Source: Arcobacter sp.
GTDB lineage: Bacteria; Campylobacterota; Campylobacteria; Campylobacterales; Arcobacteraceae
NCBI GenBank assembly: GCA_965662175.1
Contig: CBFIGT010000026.1
Span: 1-23,785, forward strand
Length of the DNA: 23,785 bases
Direction: 5' to 3'
The notes under the pieces are model-generated. The model saw only the letters and a list, made by a program, of their open reading frames with translations, did not search any database and had not been told where the DNA came from. The stretch's first letter is position 1; each line of letters starts with the position of its first letter. Below, one piece after another: positions 11,742 to 20,127 of this stretch. The position numbers and the translations under genes were made by a program.

Positions 11742-12829
11742 CTTCAATTAATCCTTTTTCAATATCACTATGGCAAGCTTTACAGTTTGCTTTGCTTTTT
11801 ATATCTTTATGTAAAAAAACTCTTTTTGGAATCTTTTTATGAACATTTTTCCAAAAGTTTGTTTGACTTATGGCTATTATATCAATATTCTCTTTTGAGT
11901 TTAGAATTTTTACACTAGCCTCTTTTTTTGATTTTTCAGCACTAAAATTTACTAAAAAATCAAGTATAGTTTTTGTATCATTTTCATCTAAAGAAGCATC
12001 ATCACCAAAATGATTTTCTAAATCAGCCATTAAAATTTCCCAAGATCTTTTAGCTAAAAGATTGGGAGGGATACAGAGTGTGACACGATGCACACTCGGA
12101 AACAAAAAGTTCATTTTGTTTTTCATAATCAATTGGCTCATATGAAGAAGCTACGAGAACATTTTTTGGATTTAATATATTAAAGATAAAAAAACTAACT
12201 AATAAAGCTAAAAATATAAATGCCACAAATCTTTGAAAAATAGATAATTTAATACCTACATTTTCTTCATCACTTTTTTTATAACCTGTAATAATTGAGT
12301 TTAATGTTTCATGTTTTTTATGAAGTACTCTATCACTTATAACCCCTCCAATATGAGCTACTAAAAGTATTATAAAAAGTGTTGATAAAAACTCATGGAT
12401 AGCTTCGAATAGTTCCATTTTTTTAAAAAGGGAGTCATTTAAAAATGAAGTTATACCTTTTCCTTCTTGTATTCCAAAAGCTAAAATACCTGTTATAATT
12501 GTAAAAAAGCATACAAGTAACATAGCTATCATCACATATGAAGCTAGGGGATTGTGTCCTATATATTTTTGTTTCTCTTCAAAAAGATTATTTAAAAAAT
12601 CTTTTACATTATTTTTACCTATTGGAAAATCAGAAAATCTTGAGTATTTTGGACCTAATATGCCCCAATAGAATCTAAAAACTAAAAGTATTAAGATTGC
12701 ATAACCAAGAATAGCATGATAATCCAACCATCTATCTTCATCTCCACTAATAAAAGCAAATAAAATAAATAAAGCAAAAAGAGCATGAAAAACTCTAGTA
12801 GGAAGAGACCAAATATATACTTTATTCAT
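11707..12829 (-). pseudogene. Cytochrome b/b6 (Ni-hydrogenase cyt b type) fused to a diheme cytochrome c domain, interrupted by a +1 frameshift
   Basis: ORF 12050-12829 has TRVFH, HAILG, GHNPL, HE..., AHIGG and ends CASCHTLYP-SQSFS*. ORF 11707-12141 continues PPNLLAKRSW...NHFG...CKACH in another frame. Removing one G from 12068-12070 gives a single 373-aa ORF. Confidence 0.85.
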
Positions 12830-12830
12830 A

Positions 12831-13322
12831 TTAATCCTCCCATCTTCCGTAATTTGGAATTATGATATCTCTTTCACTATAAATTCCCTTTTGGGCTGTT
12901 GTATGACAAGCTGTACAGTTAAAAAGTCCCTTTACTTCATCTTGACTAATAAGGGATGGTCTGATTTCATCATGTTTTCTAATCATATATGGAGTTTTTG
13001 AGATGGATTCTGGAATATCACCTTTTTTGATACTATTTACTATTTTTCTACTTCTTTTATAGTTCATAGCTTTTTCAGCACTGTTTTCATTTAGATAATC
13101 ACTAATGATTTTAAAATCAGCATTATCAAGTGAGGCATCTGTTTGAAAGTGATTTTCTAAATTTGCCATTATTTTGTTCCAAGAGTTTGAGGGTAAAAGT
13201 CCTGCTTGATAGGCAAAGTGACAAGCGCTACACTCGTTTTTATAGGTCTCATTTGTTACAGGTTTTACATCAGCTGCAAAAATAGATAGAGTAAATAGTG
13301 TTAAGAATACTAAATTTTTCAT
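12831..13322 (-). CDS. Diheme cytochrome c (DHC family)
   Basis: Signal peptide, ECSACHFAYQAGLLP..SW..IM..LENHF..DASLD, second heme motif NCTACH. Confidence 0.92.
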   Translation of the reverse strand: MKNLVFLTLFTLSIFAADVKPVTNETYKNECSACHFAYQAGLLPSNSWNKIMANLENHFQTDASLDNADFKIISDYLNENSAEKAMNYKRSRKIVNSIKKGDIPESISKTPYMIRKHDEIRPSLISQDEVKGLFNCTACHTTAQKGIYSERDIIIPNYGRWED

Positions 13323-13323
13323 A

Positions 13324-13728
13324 TTAATCCTTTGATAAGATGTAAGTAATTACATCCCCTTTTTCTTTTGCTGTTCCAACTCTGTTATATACATCATTGA
13401 AATTTCTTTTTAGCCATTTTTCCATATCTTTTAAGTCTGTTAATCTTTTGGGATTTGCTTTAGGAGATAGTGGTTTTATCTCTTTTCCTGTAAAAAAGTT
13501 TTTTCCTGATTGTGATAAGTTTATTCCATGGCATGAGGTACAAGATATCTCTTTACCTTTTTTGCCAATATGTTTTGATGTGAAAATCTCTTCACCTTTT
13601 TTTACATCAAAGTTTGTAAAAGTAGGTTCAGCTTTTTGAACTTCTTGTTTTAAACTATTTAAATAATCCTCAACTACTGAGGCGTTTGATAGTGAAATTA
13701 TTAGTGTTAAGAAAAATATAAATTTCAT
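13324..13728 (-). CDS. DUF1924 / SHP (sphaeroides heme protein)-like monoheme cytochrome c
   Basis: Signal peptide, SCTSCH, TGKEIKPLSPKANPKRLTD, EKWLKRN, EKGD; first gene of the SHP-DHC-cyt b cluster. Confidence 0.88.
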   Translation of the reverse strand: MKFIFFLTLIISLSNASVVEDYLNSLKQEVQKAEPTFTNFDVKKGEEIFTSKHIGKKGKEISCTSCHGINLSQSGKNFFTGKEIKPLSPKANPKRLTDLKDMEKWLKRNFNDVYNRVGTAKEKGDVITYILSKD

Positions 13729-13764
13729 AGTGGTCCTTCTCTTTTAATACCAAAAGTATAAAAG

Positions 13765-13814
13765 AAAAGATTAAATTACTTTAGTGGTTTCTCTTTACAA
13801 TTTCTTTACAATTT
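13765..13814 (-). promoter_or_regulatory. Promoter of the SHP-DHC operon with a tandem 11-bp direct repeat (candidate OmpR-family box)
   Basis: -10 TATACT at 13765-13770 (minus); perfect repeat TCTTTACAATT x2 at 13792-13813, covering and extending upstream of the -35 position. Confidence 0.65.
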
Positions 13815-14165
13815 AGAGATAAGTATAGCTCCCCACGTTATAAGAAATATAAAAATACTAATAAAAACAACAGCACTTCCCACATCTTTAGCCCGACCTG
13901 CCATTTGATGATGTTCTAAGGTTACTAAATCAACAAGCCTTTCAATAGCACTATTTATAGCTTCAGCTAAGGGCATTCCCATAAGTGTAATAAACATCAA
14001 AAGTTTATTTGTTAAACTTGTATCAATTATAAAAATAGTTGGCAATAAAACTATTGTAATTATTAATTCAATTTTAAATGAAGTCTCTGTTTTTATTAAA
14101 TCAACTAAGCCTTTTAGGGCATAAGATGTATTTCTGAAAAAGTTATATTTAGGTTGATTTCTCAA
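13806..14165 (-). CDS. dgkA: Diacylglycerol kinase
   Basis: YALKGL, ETSFKIE, EAINSAIERLVD, AKDVGSAVV. Start reassigned to TTG 14165 (AAGGA RBS; TTGA overlap with the PAP2 stop), 119 aa. Confidence 0.93.
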   Translation of the reverse strand: MRNQPKYNFFRNTSYALKGLVDLIKTETSFKIELIITIVLLPTIFIIDTSLTNKLLMFITLMGMPLAEAINSAIERLVDLVTLEHHQMAGRAKDVGSAVVFISIFIFLITWGAILISKL

Positions 14166-14845
14166 GTTGTTTCCTTTTGTATTATTTTTGCCAATATTAA
14201 GATTATAAGCCAAGCTATAACCATGGTTATAATTGTATGACTTAAAAAATGATCACCAATTAACATCTTATAAGTTCCCATACTCCACCCAATACTAAGG
14301 GCAAAGAGTAAAGCAATTATTTGATTTTTTCTTTTTTTAAAAAGAAAAAATAGTGCCATAAGTGCAAAACCACCACTTGCATGACCTGCTGGCCAACATT
14401 TGATTTTAGAGTTTTGTATAAACTCTTTAGGATATGAATCAAAAACTTTGATATTTGGATAATCTCCTCCAAAGTACTCTATATTTTTTGGACAAGGGGT
14501 ATTTGAAACAGCTTTTAATGAACCAATTGCTAAAGGTACTATTATTGAGGCTAAAATAACTATTATTAGACCCTTTTTATAGTTTTTTATAAGCTCTTTT
14601 TTTCTAAAAAAGATTAAAGAAAAAAGAAGCACTAATGCAAAAATAATAAGTAGTTTTTTTATACCATCATAAAAAATAAACTTTAAAATAGCTTCATCTC
14701 TATTTAAAATCCAACTATTTGTATTTAGTATAAAAAACTTTTCTTGTACTAAAATATCTAAAGATGTTAACTCAAATAAAGCTATAACAACTAGTAAAAA
14801 AATAGTTGTTACAAAAATCTGCTTATTGAGATTTTTTAGCATCAT
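14162..14845 (-). CDS. PAP2-family membrane phosphatase
   Basis: LKAVSNTPCP, CWPAGHASGG, GDHFLSH motifs; several TM segments; lies between eptA and dgkA. Confidence 0.9.
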   Translation of the reverse strand: MMLKNLNKQIFVTTIFLLVVIALFELTSLDILVQEKFFILNTNSWILNRDEAILKFIFYDGIKKLLIIFALVLLFSLIFFRKKELIKNYKKGLIIVILASIIVPLAIGSLKAVSNTPCPKNIEYFGGDYPNIKVFDSYPKEFIQNSKIKCWPAGHASGGFALMALFFLFKKRKNQIIALLFALSIGWSMGTYKMLIGDHFLSHTIITMVIAWLIILILAKIIQKETT

Positions 14846-16436
14846 TTAAAATATCCAACTCTTTTTTATAAATCTCTGTTTCAACTTCAAAAAAGCCTAA
14901 AAGAGTGTGAAAAAGATTATCTTGAGAGAACTCTTTGTGAGAGTATGATTTTAGTTTTTCCACATCAATATCCTCTTTTATATCTCCTTCCCCAAACCAC
15001 ATAAATGAAGCCACATGTTTTTGTTCATCAGGTGCCATAAAATATGGCATTCCATGTAAATAAAGACCATTTTCTCCCAAACTCTCTCCATGGTCACTCA
15101 TATAAATCATTGCTGTTTCATGGGTTTTTGAATATGGTTTTAAAAAATTTATTGTTTTTGATAAGAAATAATCTGTATAAAGTATTGCATTATCATAAGC
15201 ATTACTTACCTCTTCTTGTGTACATTGTTCAAGTTGATTAGTTTTACAAACAGGTGTAAATTTTTCGAACTCTTTTGGATATCTTTTATAGTAAGCAGGT
15301 CCATGATTTCCCATTTGGTGAAGTACAATTAATATATCTTTATTTCTGTTTTTTTCAATATATTTATCAAGACCAACTAACATTCCCTCATCTCTACACT
15401 CTTCATCACATATTGTATTTGTATTGGGATTTCTAAAATCTTCAAATAAAACTCTGTTGGCAACTCCTTTAGAACTAGAGTTATTATCTCTCCATAATAT
15501 TTCAATATCTTTTGTATTGTATAAAACATCAATAATACTTTGAGTAGTAATACCTTTTTTATAACTATACTCATCACGATTATAAATAGAGAACATGCAT
15601 GGAACTGAGTGAGCGGTTGATGTTCCACATGAGTACATATTAGAAAAATTAACTATATCCTCTTTTTTTAAAAGTGGATTTGTCTCTTTTTTATATCCAT
15701 TTAGTGAAAATCTATCAGCTCTTGTGGCTTCTCCCACAACCATAATAATCAACTCTTTTTTATCAACTTCATCATTTGTTCTTTTTATTTTGGCATCAAC
15801 TCCAATCTTTTCTAGAGTAATTGGACCACTATTAATAGTTTTATTTATATAGTTTCCAATACTATAAATCCAATATATAGGATTTACATGATATCTCAAA
15901 GGCTTGTGCTCTCTAAAAAATGAGGTATAAAACTTACTAAAAGAAAAAATAATAATTAAAATAATAGCAAGAGAAATTACTATATTTTTTATTTTTAAGA
16001 TAAACTCTTTGCCAAAAGTTTTATACTCTATATTTGCTTTATATATAAAATAAGAGGGTAAAATCCCTAAAAAAAGAACATAAGCAATAAGTTGTAAACT
16101 AAATAAATCACTAGATTCTGCTAAATTTGTTTGTAAAGAGTTTCTTATCATTTCATCATCAATAACCACATGATAAGTATCCATAAAGTATGCCGTAAAT
16201 GCTGAGGTGATAGTTACTAGTATTAAAATTGGTTTTGTTGTATATTTTGAAGAAAATAGTGTAAATAAAAATGTAATTAATGAGACTAAAACTATAGCCA
16301 AAGATATTATATAAACTATATTTATTCCCTCAAAAGGATAAGTATCTATAACATTTTTAAAAAATGAACTATTGTAAAAAGCTGTTAAAAATATAGCTGT
16401 AAAAAGTATAAGTTTATATTGGGAAAAGTTTTTCAT
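14823..16436 (-). CDS. eptA: Lipid A phosphoethanolamine transferase (EptA/MCR family)
   Basis: 5 N-terminal TM segments, VVGEATR, catalytic Thr in SCGTSTAHSVPCMFS, HQMGNHGPAY, YDNAILYTD, SDHGESLGE, LHG. Confidence 0.95.
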   Translation of the reverse strand: MKNFSQYKLILFTAIFLTAFYNSSFFKNVIDTYPFEGINIVYIISLAIVLVSLITFLFTLFSSKYTTKPILILVTITSAFTAYFMDTYHVVIDDEMIRNSLQTNLAESSDLFSLQLIAYVLFLGILPSYFIYKANIEYKTFGKEFILKIKNIVISLAIILIIIFSFSKFYTSFFREHKPLRYHVNPIYWIYSIGNYINKTINSGPITLEKIGVDAKIKRTNDEVDKKELIIMVVGEATRADRFSLNGYKKETNPLLKKEDIVNFSNMYSCGTSTAHSVPCMFSIYNRDEYSYKKGITTQSIIDVLYNTKDIEILWRDNNSSSKGVANRVLFEDFRNPNTNTICDEECRDEGMLVGLDKYIEKNRNKDILIVLHQMGNHGPAYYKRYPKEFEKFTPVCKTNQLEQCTQEEVSNAYDNAILYTDYFLSKTINFLKPYSKTHETAMIYMSDHGESLGENGLYLHGMPYFMAPDEQKHVASFMWFGEGDIKEDIDVEKLKSYSHKEFSQDNLFHTLLGFFEVETEIYKKELDILNDAKKSQ

Positions 16437-16464
16437 ATTGCTCCTAAGTTTGTTTGGAAGATGA

Positions 16465-16509
16465 ATTTTAATTAAAAATAATTAATAAGGGGTTAATAGA
16501 TAATTAATA
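16465..16509 (-). promoter_or_regulatory. eptA promoter with three 11-bp-spaced TTAATA/TATTAA repeats
   Basis: -10-like TAAAAT at 16465-16470 (minus); TTAATA at 16482, 16493 and 16504; AGGAG RBS at ~16441-16445. Confidence 0.5.
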
Positions 16510-16531
16510 AAAAGAGTTTTATTAATTATCT
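16498..16531. repeat. Perfect 15-bp AT-rich inverted repeat spanning the HD-GYP stop codon (possible terminator)
   Basis: AGATAATTAATAAAA (16498-16512)-AGAG-TTTTATTAATTATCT (16517-16531). Confidence 0.7.
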
Positions 16532-18096
16532 TTGAATCTGTCTCTAATTTTTTGAAACTCATCAAGATTATCAAAGAAGATATCAACTAATTTTGGCTCA
16601 AAATGTTTTCCTCTCTCTTCTCTAAAAAGATTAAAAATTCTTTCATCATCCCAAGCTTTTTTATAACATCTATCACTTCCTAAGGCATCAAAAACATCAG
16701 CTAATGCAGTGATTCTTCCATAAATATGAATATTTTCCCCTTTTTTCCCTTTGGGGTAACCACTTCCATCCCATTTTTCATGGTGCTCTTTTGAAATAGT
16801 TGCTGCCATTTTAAGTAGTGGTCTTTTTGAGTGTTTTAGCATTTCATAACCAATCATTGCGTGGGTGTTCATGATTTCTCGCTCAGCTTCATCAAATTTT
16901 CCTGGTTTATTTAAAATAGCATCAGGAATGGCTACTTTTCCAATATCATGCATAGGACTTGCCATTTTAAGCATTTCAGCCTCTTTTTCATCAAGTCCAT
17001 AATATAAAGCAAAAAGTTTAGTATATTCAGCAACTCTTTTTACATGGTTTCCTGTCTCTTTACTACGACTCTCCCCAATAGCACCCATAGTAAAGATTAC
17101 CTCTTTTTGGGTATCTTCTATCTCTTTATTTAGTCTATTAATTTTTCTAAGACCTTTTTTTACTTGTCTTTCAATCTCATTTACACTAAGACCTACATTT
17201 TTGTTTACTTTATAAGATAAAACCATTATAAATAATATTGTAAATAGTAGAAGAAAAATAATAAGAAAATATACATTGTTTATAAACTCTTCTGAAATTA
17301 CATCAATATTTTTTTCAATCTCTTTGTTTATTAATCTATTAGTTTTTAAAATAGTATTAATATCTTTTTGGAGTTTTGTCTCTTTTATTTGAAGTTCATT
17401 GATTTTTATAGCATAAGAACCAACTTCTTTTACTATGTTTTTATACTCCTGAAATCTCTTTTTAGCAAGGTTTTTAGCTAATATATCAATTTCATTAATC
17501 CAAATATCCAAGTATTCTTGACTTTTTCTTTGAAAAAGTACCTCTTTACTATAATATTTCATATCCCCAAACTCTTTTATAAGTAAAACATTTTTTGTTT
17601 TTAAAATAACTTTTTCTAACTCTTTTCTTTGTTGATTTTCTTGTGGATATTTCTCTGTAAATAGATTTGAATATTTTATTATTTCAAATTGGGTATGAAA
17701 AATATCTTCAAAAAAAGTCTCTATAATTTTTTCATTTTTTGCAATTGTTTCTAAATCTTTTTTGATTATAGGTTTTTTATGAATATCTTGGATTAAATAA
17801 TCTATTAAATCATCTTTTTGATAAGTGAAAAATTCATCATATTTTATCTCAAATTTTTTTTCATATTCTAAAATTTTTTTTGATATATTTTCTAATTCAT
17901 TTTCATTTTTAGCAATTAATAAATCATCAATTAAATCACTCATTCTCTCCTGTATAGTAATAAGTTCAGAGACATTTTTTTTAGATAGATTATTCTCTTT
18001 TATTTGGTATAAAACTAAACTATTTGTAAAAAATATTATTACTACTAGTAGTACAATTATTAAAAAACTAAATTTAACTATTTTTTTGATGTTCAT
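16522..18096 (-). CDS. Membrane-anchored HD-GYP c-di-GMP phosphodiesterase
   Basis: TM-periplasmic helical domain-TM, then ETGNHVKRV, MHDIGK, HHEKWDGSGYP, ADVFDAL, RCYK. Confidence 0.93.
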   Translation of the reverse strand: MNIKKIVKFSFLIIVLLVVIIFFTNSLVLYQIKENNLSKKNVSELITIQERMSDLIDDLLIAKNENELENISKKILEYEKKFEIKYDEFFTYQKDDLIDYLIQDIHKKPIIKKDLETIAKNEKIIETFFEDIFHTQFEIIKYSNLFTEKYPQENQQRKELEKVILKTKNVLLIKEFGDMKYYSKEVLFQRKSQEYLDIWINEIDILAKNLAKKRFQEYKNIVKEVGSYAIKINELQIKETKLQKDINTILKTNRLINKEIEKNIDVISEEFINNVYFLIIFLLLFTILFIMVLSYKVNKNVGLSVNEIERQVKKGLRKINRLNKEIEDTQKEVIFTMGAIGESRSKETGNHVKRVAEYTKLFALYYGLDEKEAEMLKMASPMHDIGKVAIPDAILNKPGKFDEAEREIMNTHAMIGYEMLKHSKRPLLKMAATISKEHHEKWDGSGYPKGKKGENIHIYGRITALADVFDALGSDRCYKKAWDDERIFNLFREERGKHFEPKLVDIFFDNLDEFQKIRDRFKDN

Positions 18097-18100
18097 AAAA

Positions 18101-19465
18101 TCACCCTTGTTTAAATACTAAGTTAACAGTAGTACCCTCATTTTCATAGCTTTGTAAGATTATTTTTCCATTATGAAGTTCTATTATTTTTTTAGCAATA
18201 GACATACCAAGTCCAGTACCTCCTAAATCTTTATTTCTACTCTTATCTGTTCTATAAAACTTCTCAAAAATTCTATCTTGGTCATTTTTAGAAATACCAA
18301 TTCCTTTATCTTCAATTGAGATAATAAAATTATCATTTTCAATATAGTTTTTTATAATCACTAAAGAGTCTTTATGGCTAAAAGAGATGGCATTTTTAAG
18401 AATATTTTTAATAGCTATTTTTAAAAGTTGAGAATAACCTTTTATTTGAAATATCTCGTTTATTTGGGCTTTTAATGTTACAGTTTTCATTAAAGCATAG
18501 GGTTTTAACTCTTTAAGAGCTTCTAAACTTACTTCATCACAATAAACGTCTTCAAGTGGAGAGTTAGGAGTATTTTCATTTTTTGCTAAAAATAGTAAAT
18601 CATCTATTGTTTGTTGTATTACTAAAACTTCATCCATACAGCTTTGTAAAGTCTCTTTATAATCTTTACTCTCCCTATCTTTTCGTAAAGCAATCTCTAT
18701 TTCACCTCTTATGATTGTAAGTGGAGTTTTGAGTTCATGGGAGGCATCACTACTAAATTGATTTATTTTTTCAAATGATATTTCAAGTCTTTCTAGGAGA
18801 TTATTAATCTCTTTTGCTAATAAATCTATTTCATCATTGTTGTTTGAGTTATCTAATCTTTTTGATAAATTTGAGGCACTTATATCTTTTAAATCCCAAA
18901 GTATTTTTTCCACAGGAGCAAAAGATTTGTATATTAAAAAATATCCTCCAATTATTGAAAAGATTAATACAATAGGGATTATAAATATTAAAATATAAAA
19001 AAGAGTTTCCATAGTTTCATTTAATATTTTATAATCAGTGGCAACTTGTAAAACATAGTTTTCATTGTTCATTTGAAACTTTATTTCACCAACAATATAA
19101 CTTTTATGCTCTTGAAAATGAATAGTATCTTTTGAAAAATTATGAAAAGATAGAGGAATGTCTTTTGGAAAAAAATTTGTATTTATAACTTTTAGCTCAT
19201 CTTTTATCTCTAAAAGTCTTATGTAAAGTGGTTTAAATTTATACTCTTTTTCTTCATTAAAAGAGAGTTCAAAGAGTTCATTTTTATGCTCTATTATATC
19301 ATCAACGATATCTAAAATAATCACTTTTAGTGAAGTCTCTATTTTATCTATGGTTGAGATATGAAGGGTTTTATATATGGAAAAAGAGAGTATTATTAAA
19401 ATAACTCCTTGAATTAAAATATTATAAATAACAAGTTTCTTTTTTATTGAAAGATTATTTATCAT
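18101..19465 (-). CDS. Sensor histidine kinase (CusS/heavy-metal-sensor-like)
   Basis: 2 TM segments, HAMP, FSSDASHELKTPL, KNILKNA, DKGIGI, FEKFYR, GGTGLGMSI. Confidence 0.94.
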   Translation of the reverse strand: MINNLSIKKKLVIYNILIQGVILIILSFSIYKTLHISTIDKIETSLKVIILDIVDDIIEHKNELFELSFNEEKEYKFKPLYIRLLEIKDELKVINTNFFPKDIPLSFHNFSKDTIHFQEHKSYIVGEIKFQMNNENYVLQVATDYKILNETMETLFYILIFIIPIVLIFSIIGGYFLIYKSFAPVEKILWDLKDISASNLSKRLDNSNNNDEIDLLAKEINNLLERLEISFEKINQFSSDASHELKTPLTIIRGEIEIALRKDRESKDYKETLQSCMDEVLVIQQTIDDLLFLAKNENTPNSPLEDVYCDEVSLEALKELKPYALMKTVTLKAQINEIFQIKGYSQLLKIAIKNILKNAISFSHKDSLVIIKNYIENDNFIISIEDKGIGISKNDQDRIFEKFYRTDKSRNKDLGGTGLGMSIAKKIIELHNGKIILQSYENEGTTVNLVFKQG

Positions 19466-20123
19466 CTATTTTAAACCCCATTCCTCTCACCGTTTTTATA
19501 AGCTTTTTTTCATAGGGCTTATCAATTTTATTTCTCAGTCGATAAATATAAACATTTACCACATTACTTATATTTGAGTCATCCATATTGTTTAGCATTG
19601 AGCCCAAAACAGTTTCAGATAAAACATTTCCTCTATTTTTAATCAAATACTCCAAAAGTGAAAACTCTTTGGCTGTTAAGATAATATTATCTCCAGCTCT
19701 TTTAGCACTTTTTGAGAGTAAATCTAGCTCCAAGTCATCAATTTTTAGAGTTGTTTGTTGGGAAGTTTGAGTTCTAAGTTGAACTCTAATTCTTGCAAGA
19801 AGTTCTGAAAATGAAAAGGGTTTTGACAAATAATCATTTGCTCCAATATCCAAACCTTTTATTTTATCTTCAGTTGTATCTTTGGCTGTTAGCATAATTA
19901 TTGGAGTGTTTATATTTGAATTTCTTAGTTTCTTACAAACTTCTATTCCATCTAAAATTGGCATCATAATATCAAGCAAAATTAAATCATATTGATTTAC
20001 ACTAGCTAAATAAAATCCCTCTTCACCATTTAAGGAAAAATCAACACTATATGATTCTTCTTCTAAACCTTTTTTTAAGAAATTTACGATTTTTTCATCA
20101 TCTTCTATAATTAGTATTTTCAT
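19455..20123 (-). CDS. OmpR-family response regulator (CusR/CopR-like)
   Basis: LIIEDD, LLDIMMP, MLTAKD, DYLSKPF, SNVVNVYIYRLRNKID, TVRGMGF. Confidence 0.95.
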   Translation of the reverse strand: MKILIIEDDEKIVNFLKKGLEEESYSVDFSLNGEEGFYLASVNQYDLILLDIMMPILDGIEVCKKLRNSNINTPIIMLTAKDTTEDKIKGLDIGANDYLSKPFSFSELLARIRVQLRTQTSQQTTLKIDDLELDLLSKSAKRAGDNIILTAKEFSLLEYLIKNRGNVLSETVLGSMLNNMDDSNISNVVNVYIYRLRNKIDKPYEKKLIKTVRGMGFKIDDK

Positions 20124-20127
20124 ATGA

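Noticed and set aside
12064..12070. Phase variation or programmed frameshifting at the cyt b-DHC break
   Set aside because: The runs are only 3 G long, far shorter than Campylobacterota contingency tracts, and no canonical slippery heptamer is evident.
11707..12141. Independent 144-aa cytochrome gene as given by the ORF track
   Set aside because: Its first ~24 residues are out-of-frame sequence with no signal peptide; it is the C-terminal half of the frameshifted cyt b-DHC fusion.
14823..16436. Mobile colistin resistance (mcr) gene call
   Set aside because: No flanking IS, transposase or plasmid features; composition resembles the surrounding chromosome; identity to mcr alleles cannot be assessed without a search.
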